A stretch of DNA of 64,000 nucleotides from a bacterium (lineage in GTDB: Bacteria > Chloroflexota > Dormibacteria > Aeolococcales > Bog-877), in assembly GCA_021827985.1 (NCBI GenBank), contig JAKATL010000002.1, positions 846-64,845 of the forward strand, in the 5' to 3' direction. The notes beneath the pieces were generated by a model. That model did not search any database, was not told the origin of the DNA, and was given only the letters and a program-made list of their open reading frames with translations. Shown here one piece after another: positions 19,150 to 29,349 of the stretch (its first letter is position 1; every line of letters begins with the position of its first letter). The position numbers were made by a program, and so were the translations under genes.

Positions 19150-20469
19150 GTGAGGAGTGGAGTGGCTGATTCGAACCGGCTTGACCTTCTGGTCTCGCTC
19201 TGCAAGCGGCGGGGCTTCGTCTTCCCCAGCAGCGAGATCTACGGCGGCCTGAACGCCGTCTACGACTTCGGGCCCCTGGGGGTCCGCCTCAGGCGCCGCA
19301 TCCGGGACCTCTGGTGGAGAGAGGTGGTGGAACTCCGCGACGACGTGGAGGGGCTGGAGGCGGCGATCCTGATGAACCCCCGGGTCTGGGAGGCCTCCGG
19401 CCACCTGGCCAACTTCAGCGATCCCATGGTCGACTGCCTCGGGGAGTGCCACCAACGCTGGCGGGCCGACCAGCTGTCGGGAGACCGATGCCCCAACTGT
19501 GGTGGTGAGCTCAGCGCCGCCCGCCAATTCAATCTGATGTTCAAGACCCACATGGGCGCGGTGGAGGACGCCGGAAGTGTCGTCTACCTCCGCCCGGAGA
19601 CGGCTCAGGGCATATTCGTCAACTTCAAGAACGTTCTCACCAGCTCGCGCCAGCGGGTGCCCTTCGGCATCGCCCAGATCGGGCGCAGCTTCCGCAACGA
19701 GATCACCACCGGCAACTTCATCTTCCGCCTCCGTGAGCTGGAGATGATGGAGCTGGAGTGGTTCTGCGCGCCGGAGGACGACGCCACCTGGTTCGAGTAC
19801 TGGTGCGAGCGCCGCATGGGGTGGCATCGCTCGATCGGGCTTCGCGCCGAGAGCCTGCGCTTGCGGCCTCATGGTGAGGACGAGAAGGCCCACTACGCCC
19901 TCGCCTCCACGGACATCGAATATCGATTCCCCTGGGGCTGGGGCGAGCTGGAGGGGATCGCTCGCCGAGGTGACTACGATCTCCGCCGCCACCAGGAGAT
20001 GAGCGGCAAGGATCTTCAGTACACCGACCCCGCCTCCGGGGCTCGTTTTCTGCCCTATGTGGTGGAGCCGTCCCTGGGGGTGGACCGCACCTTCCTGGCG
20101 CTCCTGCTGGACGCCTACAGGGAGGAGGAGGTTCGAGGGGAGACGAGAGTCGTGCTGGGCCTCGATCCCCGAGTGGCACCATTCGAGGTGGCCGTCCTGC
20201 CGCTCTCCAAGCGGCCTGAGCTGATGGAGATGGCCAGGCGAGTGGAGGCTGATCTCCGCTCCAGCTTCGCCACCGAGTACGACGAGACCCAGGCCATCGG
20301 CCGGCGGTACCGGCGGCAGGACGAGATCGGCACCCCGCTGGCGATCACGATTGACTTCGAGAGCCTTGAGGACCAGGCGGCGACCGTGCGCCGTAGGGAC
20401 ACCATGGAGCAGGTCCGGGTGTCGCTATCGCAGCTTAGGGAGGTCTGCGCCAGCGAGCTGGGGCGCTAG
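19150..20469 (+). CDS. glyQS: Glycine-tRNA ligase (dimeric GlyQS type)
   Basis: LCKRRGFVFPSSEIYGG, YLRPETAQG, PFGIAQIGRSFRNEIT, WGELEGIA, IGRRYRRQDEIGTP. Confidence 0.96.
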   Translation: MRSGVADSNRLDLLVSLCKRRGFVFPSSEIYGGLNAVYDFGPLGVRLRRRIRDLWWREVVELRDDVEGLEAAILMNPRVWEASGHLANFSDPMVDCLGECHQRWRADQLSGDRCPNCGGELSAARQFNLMFKTHMGAVEDAGSVVYLRPETAQGIFVNFKNVLTSSRQRVPFGIAQIGRSFRNEITTGNFIFRLRELEMMELEWFCAPEDDATWFEYWCERRMGWHRSIGLRAESLRLRPHGEDEKAHYALASTDIEYRFPWGWGELEGIARRGDYDLRRHQEMSGKDLQYTDPASGARFLPYVVEPSLGVDRTFLALLLDAYREEEVRGETRVVLGLDPRVAPFEVAVLPLSKRPELMEMARRVEADLRSSFATEYDETQAIGRRYRRQDEIGTPLAITIDFESLEDQAATVRRRDTMEQVRVSLSQLREVCASELGR

Positions 20470-20522
20470 TTCCGGTCCGCCCAGGGAGCCGCGTCCGAGG
20501 CGTTGATGCCTTAGCATTGCAG

Positions 20523-20551
20523 TTGCCACTAAGTGGCATGTGTGCTAACAT
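20523..20551 (+). promoter_or_regulatory. Sigma70-type promoter overlapped by a 7-1-7 Fur/Nur-like box
   Basis: TTGCCA (20523-28)-N17-TAACAT (20546-51) with TG extension; TGCCACT-A-AGTGGCA at 20524-20538. Confidence 0.65.
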
Positions 20552-20582
20552 CCCACCACTTGAGCCTTGGAGGAGCCAGTTG

Positions 20583-21722
20583 ATGGCCAGCCCAGCCGTT
20601 GCCGTCCAGACATCTCGGCCCAGCCTCGTCGGCTGGATCCGAGGGTTCAGTCCCGAGCAGCGCCGGCAGGCCATTTTCATGGTGGTCGTCATCGTTGGCC
20701 TCCATGTGCTGGGATTCGGGCTGCTCCTGCTGGCGGTGGCCCATCACTACTCCGTGGGTCCCAAGGTCTTCGGGCTAGGACTCGGAATCCTCGCCTACTC
20801 CTTCGGACTCCGCCATGCCTTCGACGCGGATCACATCTCGGCGATCGACAACACCACCCGGAAGCTCCAGGCCGAAGGACAGCGTCCTCTGAGCATCGGT
20901 ACCTTCTTCTCTCTGGGTCACTCGACGATCGTCTTCGCCCTCGCCGTGGGCATCGGTTTCGCGGCGCGGGCGGTTTCCAGCGCGGTGAACAACAGCCATT
21001 CCACCCTGCAGTCCTTCGGGAACTTCTTCGGCACCTTGGTATCGGGCGGATTCCTCTACCTGATCGCCGGCTTGAACCTCATGGTGCTGATCGGCATCGT
21101 GCAGATCTTCCTGGAGATGAGACAGGGGAAGTACAACGATTCCGAGCTCGAGGCCCAGTTGAACAGCCGGGGCTTCATGTTCCGGTTCCTCGGCCCCTTG
21201 GCGCGGTCCATCACCAAGCCCTGGCAGATGTACCCGGTGGGGGTCCTGTTCGGGCTGGGGTTTGATACCGCCACCGAGGTCGCCCTGCTGGTTCTGGCGG
21301 GTACCGCGACCTCGGCTGGGCTTCCCCTCTACGCCATCATCTCCCTCCCGCTTCTCTTTGCGGCGGGGATGTCGATGATGGACTCCTTCGACGGGGCCTT
21401 CATGAACTACGCCTATGGTTGGGCCTTCTCAAGGCCCCTGCGCAAGGTCTACTACAACATCGCCATCACCGGGATATCGGTGCTGGTGGCCCTCATCATC
21501 GGGACCATTGAGCTCATCCAGGTGCTGCGGTCGGAGCTACACCTCCACGGGGGCGTGTGGAACTTCGCCGCCGGCTTCTCGATCAACACCGCCGGCTTCG
21601 TGATCGTGGGCCTCTTCATCCTCACCTGGGCCTCCGCGCTGCTCATCTGGCGGTACGGCAATGTGGAGGAGCGATGGGAGCGCGCCGCGGCGGAGGCCAG
21701 GGCCCGGGCGGGGCGCGGCTGA
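20583..21722 (+). CDS. NiCoT (HoxN/HupN/NixA) nickel/cobalt transporter
   Basis: GLRHAFDADHISAIDNTTRK, FFSLGHSTIV, LFGLGFDTATE; GGAGGA RBS. Confidence 0.95.
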   Translation: MASPAVAVQTSRPSLVGWIRGFSPEQRRQAIFMVVVIVGLHVLGFGLLLLAVAHHYSVGPKVFGLGLGILAYSFGLRHAFDADHISAIDNTTRKLQAEGQRPLSIGTFFSLGHSTIVFALAVGIGFAARAVSSAVNNSHSTLQSFGNFFGTLVSGGFLYLIAGLNLMVLIGIVQIFLEMRQGKYNDSELEAQLNSRGFMFRFLGPLARSITKPWQMYPVGVLFGLGFDTATEVALLVLAGTATSAGLPLYAIISLPLLFAAGMSMMDSFDGAFMNYAYGWAFSRPLRKVYYNIAITGISVLVALIIGTIELIQVLRSELHLHGGVWNFAAGFSINTAGFVIVGLFILTWASALLIWRYGNVEERWERAAAEARARAGRG

Positions 21723-21776
21723 CCCAGGCCTGGGAGGACGGGCGCTCCGGTAAACTCGGTCGGATGCGGCCTTCCC

Positions 21777-22550
21777 TTGCCGAAGCCTGAACATCCGGTG
21801 AGCCCGGGGCGTGCGGTTCTGGTCACGGGGGCTTCCCGCGGCATCGGCAGGGCTGCGGCCCTGGCCTTCGCCGCGGCCGGGGATCGGGTAGCGGTCCACC
21901 ACCGCGACTCGCCCCACCTAGCCGAAGAGCTCCTCGGCGAACTCGTCGGGGCGGGTCATGGCGTGGTCTCCGGGGACCTCTCCGATCCGCAGGTAGCGGA
22001 GCGGGTGGTCGAGGAGGCCGACGCCCTTCTCGGAGGGCTGGACGTCCTGGTCAACAATGCGGGGGTCAGCCTTCCCCATGACCTCCTGGAGATGGATTTC
22101 GACTCCTGGCGCCAGGCGCTGGAGCGAACGCTGGCGGTCAACCTGCTGGCCCCCGCCTATCTCATGTACTTCGCGGCGCGGAAGATGATGGGGAGGGGCG
22201 GGGCGATCGTCAACGTCTCCTCTCGGGGCGCCTTCCGGGGCGAGCCCGGGCAGCCCGGGTACGGTGCCAGCAAGGCAGGCCTCAACGCGCTGGGGCAATC
22301 GCTGGCGGTGGCACTGGCTCCCCACGGGATCAGCATCGCCACGGTGGCGCCCGGTTGGGTCGCCACCGACATGTACAACCAGGAGCTGAAGCGTCCGCGA
22401 GGCGAGGAGATCCAGCGCCAGAGTCCCTTCGGCCGGGTGGCCACCCCGGAGGAGGTGGCGGCCGCCATCTTCTACCTGGCCTCCCCCGAAGCCCGGTTCT
22501 CCAGCGGGGCGATCCTGGATGTGAACGGCGCCTCCTACCTCAGGACCTGA
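21777..22550 (+). CDS. SDR family oxidoreductase
   Basis: TGASRGIG, LVNNAG, YGASK, APGWVATDM. Confidence 0.93.
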   Translation: MPKPEHPVSPGRAVLVTGASRGIGRAAALAFAAAGDRVAVHHRDSPHLAEELLGELVGAGHGVVSGDLSDPQVAERVVEEADALLGGLDVLVNNAGVSLPHDLLEMDFDSWRQALERTLAVNLLAPAYLMYFAARKMMGRGGAIVNVSSRGAFRGEPGQPGYGASKAGLNALGQSLAVALAPHGISIATVAPGWVATDMYNQELKRPRGEEIQRQSPFGRVATPEEVAAAIFYLASPEARFSSGAILDVNGASYLRT

Positions 22551-23953
22551 GGCGGCGCGTCCCGACTCGTCTGCGGGTGGCCGAGCTCGAACACGCGGTG
22601 CAGCGCGCGGAGCGCGCCAGCCAGGTCCCGGCGCTGCACCACCGCGGCCACGGCCAGCTCCGAGGATCCCTGGGAGATGGCAACCACGTTGATGCCTTCC
22701 TCACCCAGGGCCCCGAACATCTTCCCGGCGATCCCGGCGGTGCCGCGCATCGCCTCGCCGACCACCACCACCACCGACACCTGGTCCTGAGCGTCCTGCG
22801 CCCGAAGGTAGCTCGCCTGCCGGAGAGCCTCCCGGGCGGCCGTCAACTCGCCCGCGGGGACGGCGACGCAGATCACGTCCTCGGCGGAGGACTGGGTCAC
22901 CAGGAGGGTGGTGATCCGGGCGTCGGCGAAGCGGCCGAAGACCTCGCCGGCCAGACGATTGAGCCCCGCCCCTGGGCTCGCCGTGAGGGTCAGGAGGCCG
23001 GCCTCCGCCACCCCGGTCACCGCCCTGGCCCCTCCTGGTCCTGGCGACCTGCGGTGGATCACCGTGCCCTGCTCCTGGGGCCGCATGGTGTTCTTGATCC
23101 GGATGGGGATGGCGGCCGAGGCCGCGGGTGGCACGGCGCTCCGGTGCAGCACCTTGGCTCCGAAGTAGGCAAGCTCCATCGCCTCGGCGTACGAGACCTC
23201 TGAGAGGAGCTGGGCATCTGGAACCAGGCGGGGGTCGGCGGTCAGCAGGCCATCGACATCAGTCCAGATCCACACCTCGGCCGCGGGGAGGACCGCGGCC
23301 AGGAGGGTGGCGCTGTGGTCCGATCCGCCTCTACCAAGCGTCGTCACCTCCCCCCCGGCAGTCCGAGCCCGGAAACCGGTGACCACGGGAAGAGTCCCGG
23401 CCTGGAGAAGTGGTAGCAACCGCACTCTGGTCCGCTCCAGAGATTCCGGCATGAGGGGAGCAGCCGCCAGCGGGTGGCCGTCCGTGACCAGCAGTTGAGC
23501 GGAGTCCACAGCGGTGGCCGCCACTCCGCGTTGCCTGAGGACCGCCGCTAGAAGGCATGCCGATAGCAGCTCTCCGGCGCTGGCGGCTGCCTCCAGAGAA
23601 CGGTTGGCCCCGCTCGGGGTTGGGGCCAGCTGACCGCTGCAGGCCCTGTAGGTTGCGGTCACCTCGTCCACTCGCGATACGAAGTCCGCCAGCTCTCTCC
23701 GCGCCAGCAACTCCTTGGCCACACCAACATAGGCGCTCCGGGTAGCTCCGGCGGCTGCTTCCAACCCCGGCCTGCCGGCCACCGCGGACTCGGCCCCTCG
23801 GAGCAGGAGGTCGGTGGTGCCAGCCATGGCCGACACTACGGCGACCACCCCCACCGGGCTGTCGGCCAGGATCGATGCCACCCGGTCCGTGCCCTGGGAG
23901 CCGAGGACCGAGGTACCGCCGAACTTCATCACCGCACGGCAAGGGACACCCAT
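22535..23953 (-). CDS. Aspartate kinase with two ACT domains
   Basis: VMKFGGTSV, VVSAMAGTTD, TTLGRGGSD, WTDVDG, YFGAKVLH, ISQGSSE. Confidence 0.93.
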   Translation of the reverse strand: MGVPCRAVMKFGGTSVLGSQGTDRVASILADSPVGVVAVVSAMAGTTDLLLRGAESAVAGRPGLEAAAGATRSAYVGVAKELLARRELADFVSRVDEVTATYRACSGQLAPTPSGANRSLEAAASAGELLSACLLAAVLRQRGVAATAVDSAQLLVTDGHPLAAAPLMPESLERTRVRLLPLLQAGTLPVVTGFRARTAGGEVTTLGRGGSDHSATLLAAVLPAAEVWIWTDVDGLLTADPRLVPDAQLLSEVSYAEAMELAYFGAKVLHRSAVPPAASAAIPIRIKNTMRPQEQGTVIHRRSPGPGGARAVTGVAEAGLLTLTASPGAGLNRLAGEVFGRFADARITTLLVTQSSAEDVICVAVPAGELTAAREALRQASYLRAQDAQDQVSVVVVVGEAMRGTAGIAGKMFGALGEEGINVVAISQGSSELAVAAVVQRRDLAGALRALHRVFELGHPQTSRDAPPQVLR

Positions 23954-23956
23954 GCG

Positions 23957-25201
23957 CTATGCGGCTCCCGCAAGTCGGTCCCAATGGGCCTCGAAGGCAT
24001 CCAGGCTGGGGGCCAGTGGAGCCCCAAGATCGATCTCGCGGTCGAGGCAGTCGAGTGTCTTCAGCCCATTGCCGGTGATGCACACGACGGTGGTCTCGCC
24101 GGGTGCGATTGCCCCGACTTCGAGAAGCTGTCCGGTCACCGCTACGGTGACGCCCGCCGCCGTCTCTCCCAGGATGCCCTCCGACTCCGCCAGCAGACGG
24201 ATGCCGCGGACGATCTCCAAGTCGGTGGCCGAACCGGCGCCTCCGCCGGACCGGGCGATCGCCCGAAGGGCGGCGTGCCCGTCCGCAGGGTTGCCGATGG
24301 CCAGGGACTTGCAAATGGTGCTGGGCACCACCGGAACAACGCTCTTGCGCCCCAACTGGTGGGCGGTCGCAATCGGGGAGCACCCCTTAGCTTGGGCACC
24401 GAACAGCCGGACCGGGTGGGCTGGCACCATCCCGAGTATCACCAGCTCCTGAAATCCATTGGCGATCCGGGTAAGCTGGGCGCCTCCCGCCATGGGCACC
24501 ACCACGTTGTCGGGCAGCCGCCACCCCAGCTGCTCGGCGATCTCGAAAGCGACCGTCTTGGAGCCCTCCGCGTAGAAGGGCCGGAGATTGACGTTGACGA
24601 ATCCCCAGCGGTGGCGCTCAGCGATCTCCGCACAGAGGCGGTTGACCTGATCGTAGGCAGCCGTCACGCGAACCAGGTTGGCGCCGTACACCGCGGTGCC
24701 TAGGAGCTTGGCGGGCTCCAGGTCCGCGGGAACCAGCACCCACGCCTCCAGACCCGCGCGGGCAGCGTGGGCCGCCACGGCGTTGGCCAGATTGCCGGTG
24801 GAGGCGCAGCCTACCACCTGGAATCCGAGCGCCCTGGCCTCCGCCAGGGCCACCGCGACCACCCGGTCCTTGAACGACAGGGTGGGGAAGCAGGCGGCGT
24901 CGTCCTTTATGAACAGGGATCCCGATCCCAAACGCCGTCCGAGGCGGGGGGCCTCGATCAGCGGGGTCCAGCCCACCCCCGCCAGCCGGGGTGCGGAGTC
25001 CGGGACGGGAAGCAGCTCGCCATAGCGCCAGATGTCGCGGGGTCGGCGCTCCACGGCATCTTGACTCAGGCGCTCCCCGATGGCCTGGTAGTCGTAGACG
25101 ATCTCGGTGGGGTAGAAGCAGTCGGGACATAGGGTCACCGCTTCGCGGATGAACTCTCGCTCACAGCTGGGGCAGAGGAGTCGGTAGAGGTTGGACATCA
25201 C
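23957..25201 (-). CDS. thrC: Threonine synthase
   Basis: Zn ribbon, PTLSFKDR (PLP Lys), CASTGNLA, EGSKT, SLAIGNPADG, ITGNGLKT. Confidence 0.92.
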   Translation of the reverse strand: MMSNLYRLLCPSCEREFIREAVTLCPDCFYPTEIVYDYQAIGERLSQDAVERRPRDIWRYGELLPVPDSAPRLAGVGWTPLIEAPRLGRRLGSGSLFIKDDAACFPTLSFKDRVVAVALAEARALGFQVVGCASTGNLANAVAAHAARAGLEAWVLVPADLEPAKLLGTAVYGANLVRVTAAYDQVNRLCAEIAERHRWGFVNVNLRPFYAEGSKTVAFEIAEQLGWRLPDNVVVPMAGGAQLTRIANGFQELVILGMVPAHPVRLFGAQAKGCSPIATAHQLGRKSVVPVVPSTICKSLAIGNPADGHAALRAIARSGGGAGSATDLEIVRGIRLLAESEGILGETAAGVTVAVTGQLLEVGAIAPGETTVVCITGNGLKTLDCLDREIDLGAPLAPSLDAFEAHWDRLAGAA

Positions 25202-25509
25202 AGGTCTCCTGGATCAGCGGATTGCATCAAGCCGCCCCACGGACGGCAGGCGCACCGGCGCCGGGATGCGGGGCGGGGGAGCTAGCGCTGGGCGCTAGTT
25301 GAGGGTCGGCGTGTCCCCCGCGGCACGCTCGCGCATTCGTGCCGTGACCTGGGCGGCCGTCAGCCCATGTTCCGTCGAACTCCGGTGAGTACGGGAGAGA
25401 CGGTCCTGGGCGAAACGCGCGATGGCCACATGGCAACAATAGCGGCTGAGGAGGTGTCGGCGCAGGTGGCGCTGGACGGTGCCGGTCGTCGGCTGCCAGA
25501 CTCTAGGCT

Positions 25510-26580
25510 ATGACCGCGAAGATTCCGGTCGCCATCCTGGGGGCCACTGGAACGGTGGGGCAGCAGATGGTGGCCATGCTTGACGGTCACCCCTGGTTCG
25601 AACTCGCCGAGCTGGTGGCATCGGACCGGTCTGCGGGCCGGCCGTACGGGGAGGCGGTCGACTGGAGGCTGCCGGGCTCGCCGCCTGAGAGGGCTGGCCA
25701 ACTCCGGGTCCAGCCCCTGGCAGAGCTCCCGAGGTCGCGGCTGCTGCTCTCGGCACTTGACGCGGCGGTGGCGGCGGACGCCGAGGCCCACCTCGCCTGC
25801 CAGGGATATGCGGTGGTGACCAACAGCAGCTCTCACCGGATGGACCCGGAAGTGCCCCTGGTGATTCCCGAGGTCAACGCCTCCCACCTCGACGCGCTCC
25901 AGGGTGTCCGAAGCGGCAGTGGTGGCTTCATCGTCGCCAATCCCAACTGCTCAACCATCGGGCTGGTGCTGGCCCTCAAGCCTCTCTGGGACCGCTTCGG
26001 CGTGAGCCAGGTCCAGGTGGCAACCATGCAGGCGATCTCGGGCGCAGGCTTGGACGGGCTAAGCGCCGGAATGATTGCCGATAACGTTTTGCCCCACATC
26101 CCTGGGGAGGAGGAGAAGCTAGAGGCGGAGCCGCGCAAGATCCTCGGGCGATGGGATGGCAGCTTCTTGCCCGCCGGTCTGGCGGTGAGCGCGGCCTGCC
26201 ATCGGGTGGCCGTCCTGGATGGTCACCTGGAGGCGGTCAGCGTGAAGTTGAGGTCGGCGGCAACGGCCCAGGAGGTGGCAGACGCTTTTGCCTTCTTTCG
26301 AGCTGCTCCGGAGGTTGCCGCCCTCCCCAGCTCTCCAACATTCCCGGTCCAGCTTCACCGCCGGCCCGACCGTCCGCAGCCTCGGCTCGACCGAGGGGTT
26401 GGACGCGGGATGACGGTGTCTGTCGGAAGGGTCCGAGAGTGTCCAGTATTGGACTGGAAGTTCACCGTCCTCACCCACAACCTTGTGCGGGGCGCGGCCG
26501 GGGCGGCGCTGCTCAACGCCGAACTACTGGTTGCCCGCGGGCAGGTGGGGTCCGCATTTGGGGTTAGCGCGGGCGATTAG
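25510..26580 (+). CDS. asd: Aspartate-semialdehyde dehydrogenase
   Basis: ILGATGTVGQ, VPLVIPEVN, NPNCST, MQAISGAG, HNLVRGAAGAA. Confidence 0.95.
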   Translation: MTAKIPVAILGATGTVGQQMVAMLDGHPWFELAELVASDRSAGRPYGEAVDWRLPGSPPERAGQLRVQPLAELPRSRLLLSALDAAVAADAEAHLACQGYAVVTNSSSHRMDPEVPLVIPEVNASHLDALQGVRSGSGGFIVANPNCSTIGLVLALKPLWDRFGVSQVQVATMQAISGAGLDGLSAGMIADNVLPHIPGEEEKLEAEPRKILGRWDGSFLPAGLAVSAACHRVAVLDGHLEAVSVKLRSAATAQEVADAFAFFRAAPEVAALPSSPTFPVQLHRRPDRPQPRLDRGVGRGMTVSVGRVRECPVLDWKFTVLTHNLVRGAAGAALLNAELLVARGQVGSAFGVSAGD

Positions 26581-27353
26581 AGCCCGGCCAGGCTGGCCAT
26601 TAGCGGGGCGTGGTCGCTGGGGCGGGAAGCTTCCCGGGCGGACCGATCGACCTCAACCAGGGTCGTTGCCCCGACAAGATCCCGCGACCCGAGCAGGAGG
26701 TCGATCCGCATCCCCAGCCCCCGGCGGAAGAATCCCTGGCGGTAGTCCCAGTAGGTATATGAGGGGGTCTGACCCGGAAGGTCAGCCAGATCGACTACCC
26801 CGGCTCCAATCACCGCTGTCAACGCTTCACGTTCCTCCTGGCTCACGTGGGTCTGCCCCACGAAGGCCGCCGGGTCGAAGACATCGCTGTCCTTGGGCGC
26901 GATGTTGAAATCTCCTCCGATGACGAACGCCCTCCCTCCCGCCAGCTCCATGGCCACCCGCTCCCTCAGTTCCTCGAGGAAGGCCAGCTTGTAGGTGAAG
27001 TAGGGGTGTCCGAGTTCCCGGCCGTTCGGGACGTAGACACTGGCGACGCGCAGGGGGCCGCAATCGGCGGCGACATAGCGGGCCTCGACCCGGCCGTCGG
27101 GGGCCGCCAGTTCCAGCCCGGTGGCGACCTGGTCCAGGCCGACCCGCGACAGTACCGCCACTCCGTTCCACCTCCCCTCGCCGTGGTCTGCAACCTGGTA
27201 ACCGGCGGCCCCGACCTCGGCCCGAGGAAAGGCACCCGGCGGGCACTTGGTCTCCTGGACCAGGAGCACGTCGGGGCCGCGCCGGTCCAGCCACTCGATC
27301 ACCAGGGGCAGCCGGGCCTGGATGGAGTTGACGTTCCAGGTGGCGATCAGCAA
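26577..27353 (-). CDS. xth: Exodeoxyribonuclease III
   Basis: ATWNVNSI, QETK, WNGVA, YVPNG, GDFNIAP, RIDLL, PSDHAP. Confidence 0.95.
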   Translation of the reverse strand: MLIATWNVNSIQARLPLVIEWLDRRGPDVLLVQETKCPPGAFPRAEVGAAGYQVADHGEGRWNGVAVLSRVGLDQVATGLELAAPDGRVEARYVAADCGPLRVASVYVPNGRELGHPYFTYKLAFLEELRERVAMELAGGRAFVIGGDFNIAPKDSDVFDPAAFVGQTHVSQEEREALTAVIGAGVVDLADLPGQTPSYTYWDYRQGFFRRGLGMRIDLLLGSRDLVGATTLVEVDRSAREASRPSDHAPLMASLAGL

Positions 27354-27375
27354 GAGAAGAGACCCGGCGGCCGCC

Positions 27376-29220
27376 TCATCCCACCCGCTCCAGGTCGGAG
27401 TTGGCGAACTGTTCGAAGTAGAGGCGGGAGTAGACCCCCTCCTGGGCCAGGAGCTCAGTGTGCGTGCCCTGCTCCACTATCTCACCGTGGTCCAGGACCA
27501 GGATCTGGTGCGCAGCCAGGATGGTGGAGAGGCGGTGGGCGATGGCGATGGTCGTCCGTCCCCCCATCAGCTTTTCCAGCGCCGACTGGATGGCCCGCTC
27601 GCTGTGGGTGTCCAGGGCGCTGGTGGCCTCGTCCAGGACCAGCACCCTCGGGTTCTTGAGAATGGCCCGTGCCAGCGCTACCCTCTGCTTCTCCCCACCG
27701 CTGAGGCGGTAGCCCCGCTCCCCGGTCATGGTGTCGTACCCGTCGGGGAGCTCCATGATCCGATCGTGGATGGACGCCGCTCGGGCTGCCTGCTCCAGCT
27801 CCTCCTGGCCGGCGTCGGCCTTGCCGACCAGAAGGTTCTCCCGGATGGTGCCATGGAAGAGGAACGTCTCCTGGGTCACGACAGCGATGGCATCCCGGAG
27901 AGTCTCCTGGGTCAGGTCCCGAAGATCGTGGCCGTCCAGGGTGACCCGGCCCTCGTCTACGTCGTAGAGGCGTGCTGCCAGGTAGGTGAGAGTGCTCTTG
28001 CCGGCTCCGCTGTGTCCGACCAGCGCTATCAGCTGGCCCGGGCTGGCGTGGAAGGAGACGTCCCGCACCGCGGGCGGAGAGTCCGGCTCGTACTGGAAGG
28101 TGACGCCCTCGAACGCCAGCTCTCCCCGGATCGAGGCCGCCGGGATCGCCAGCGCTCCCTCACGGTCCTGGATCTCCACCCTCTCGTCCAGGTACTGGAA
28201 GATGCGCTCGAAGAGGGCCAGAGCGCCCTGCAGCTCGACCTGGATGTTGAGCAGCTGCCCGACGGGGAAGAAGAGCTGCGACTGGAAGGTGGTGAAGGCC
28301 ACCAGCGTGCCCACCGACGCCCCCCCGGTCCGGCCGGCGCCGAGGAAGACCCCAGCCACCAGGTAAACGAGGGCGGGCAGGATGGAGAAGAAGGTGGAGA
28401 TGAATCCGAAGAACCACCTCCCCACCATCTGCTGCCGGATCATGAGATCGGTGAGCCGGCCGGTCTCGGTGACGTACCTCTGCTGGGTGACCTTCTCCCG
28501 GCCGAAGACCTTGCTGAGAAGGATCCCACTCACCGAGAGCGTCTCCTCGGCGATCGCCGAGAGGTCGGCCAGGGTGGACTGGGTGTCCGCGCTGACCTTC
28601 CTGCGCACCTCACCTACCCGGGCCGTCACCAGCAGGAAGACGGGCATCAGAACCACCGAAAGGAGGGTCAGCTGCCAGCTGAGAACCGCCATGCCAGTCA
28701 GGGTGGCGGCCGCCCTGGTCAGGTTGGAGACGATGCTGGTGGCGGTGTTGGTGATCACCGAGTCCACCCCGCCGACGTCGTTGGTGAGCCGCGACTGGAT
28801 CTCCCCGGTCCGGGTGGCGGTGAAGAACCTGAGCGGCAGGCTCTGGAGGTGGCTGTAGAGGGCGACCCTGAGGTCCTGCATCATCCGCTGGCCGACCACG
28901 GCGTTGAGATAGGTCTGCCAGACCCCGAGCCCGGTGCTCACCACCGGGGTTATCACCATCACCCCTACGAAGATGAGGAGCAGATGGACGTTGCGCTTCA
29001 AGATGGCGTCGTCGATGATCAGCTTCAGCATCACCGGGTTGACGATCCCGAGGCCGGCCACCACCACCAGGATCAGAAGCACCCCGGTGACCTTCCACCG
29101 GTAGGGGCGGAAGAGGCGGAGCACCCTGAGGATAGTGCTGCGCTGGATCTTCCCGGGAGGGCGCTCCTGCTGGTATCCAGCCATCAGGCGGCGGGGCCCC
29201 CCTCCCATGCGCATCGCCAT
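27376..29220 (-). CDS. ABC exporter, fused permease/ATPase
   Basis: Six-TM domain; GHSGAGKST, LSGGEKQR, LVLDEATSALD, IAHRLST. Confidence 0.95.
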   Translation of the reverse strand: MAMRMGGGPRRLMAGYQQERPPGKIQRSTILRVLRLFRPYRWKVTGVLLILVVVAGLGIVNPVMLKLIIDDAILKRNVHLLLIFVGVMVITPVVSTGLGVWQTYLNAVVGQRMMQDLRVALYSHLQSLPLRFFTATRTGEIQSRLTNDVGGVDSVITNTATSIVSNLTRAAATLTGMAVLSWQLTLLSVVLMPVFLLVTARVGEVRRKVSADTQSTLADLSAIAEETLSVSGILLSKVFGREKVTQQRYVTETGRLTDLMIRQQMVGRWFFGFISTFFSILPALVYLVAGVFLGAGRTGGASVGTLVAFTTFQSQLFFPVGQLLNIQVELQGALALFERIFQYLDERVEIQDREGALAIPAASIRGELAFEGVTFQYEPDSPPAVRDVSFHASPGQLIALVGHSGAGKSTLTYLAARLYDVDEGRVTLDGHDLRDLTQETLRDAIAVVTQETFLFHGTIRENLLVGKADAGQEELEQAARAASIHDRIMELPDGYDTMTGERGYRLSGGEKQRVALARAILKNPRVLVLDEATSALDTHSERAIQSALEKLMGGRTTIAIAHRLSTILAAHQILVLDHGEIVEQGTHTELLAQEGVYSRLYFEQFANSDLERVG

Positions 29221-29349
29221 CCGGTCTAGCCTTCCTCGCTCTTGCTCAACTCAGCCCCGGGCGATCTTATCGTTCGGCGCGGAGTCCGGGCAGTTGGCCG
29301 GTCTAAACTCACAGCAGGGAGGATTCAAGGGGAAAGGAGGCCAGCATCC

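Noticed and set aside
20511-20548. CIRCE (HrcA) element
   Set aside because: TTAGCA/TGCTAA ends resemble it, but the CTC/GAG core and 9-nt spacer are absent and the downstream gene is a Ni transporter.
25360-25431. Attenuator leader peptide MWPSRVSPRTVSPVLTGVRRNMG upstream of thrC
   Set aside because: No run of Thr/Ile/Met/Lys codons and no terminator U-tract.
27247-29229. Long antisense ORFs (660 aa here; also 2382-3911, 12169-13635, 36446-38011, 58463-60727)
   Set aside because: Shadow frames opposite well-supported genes, expected from high-GC codon bias; no motifs.
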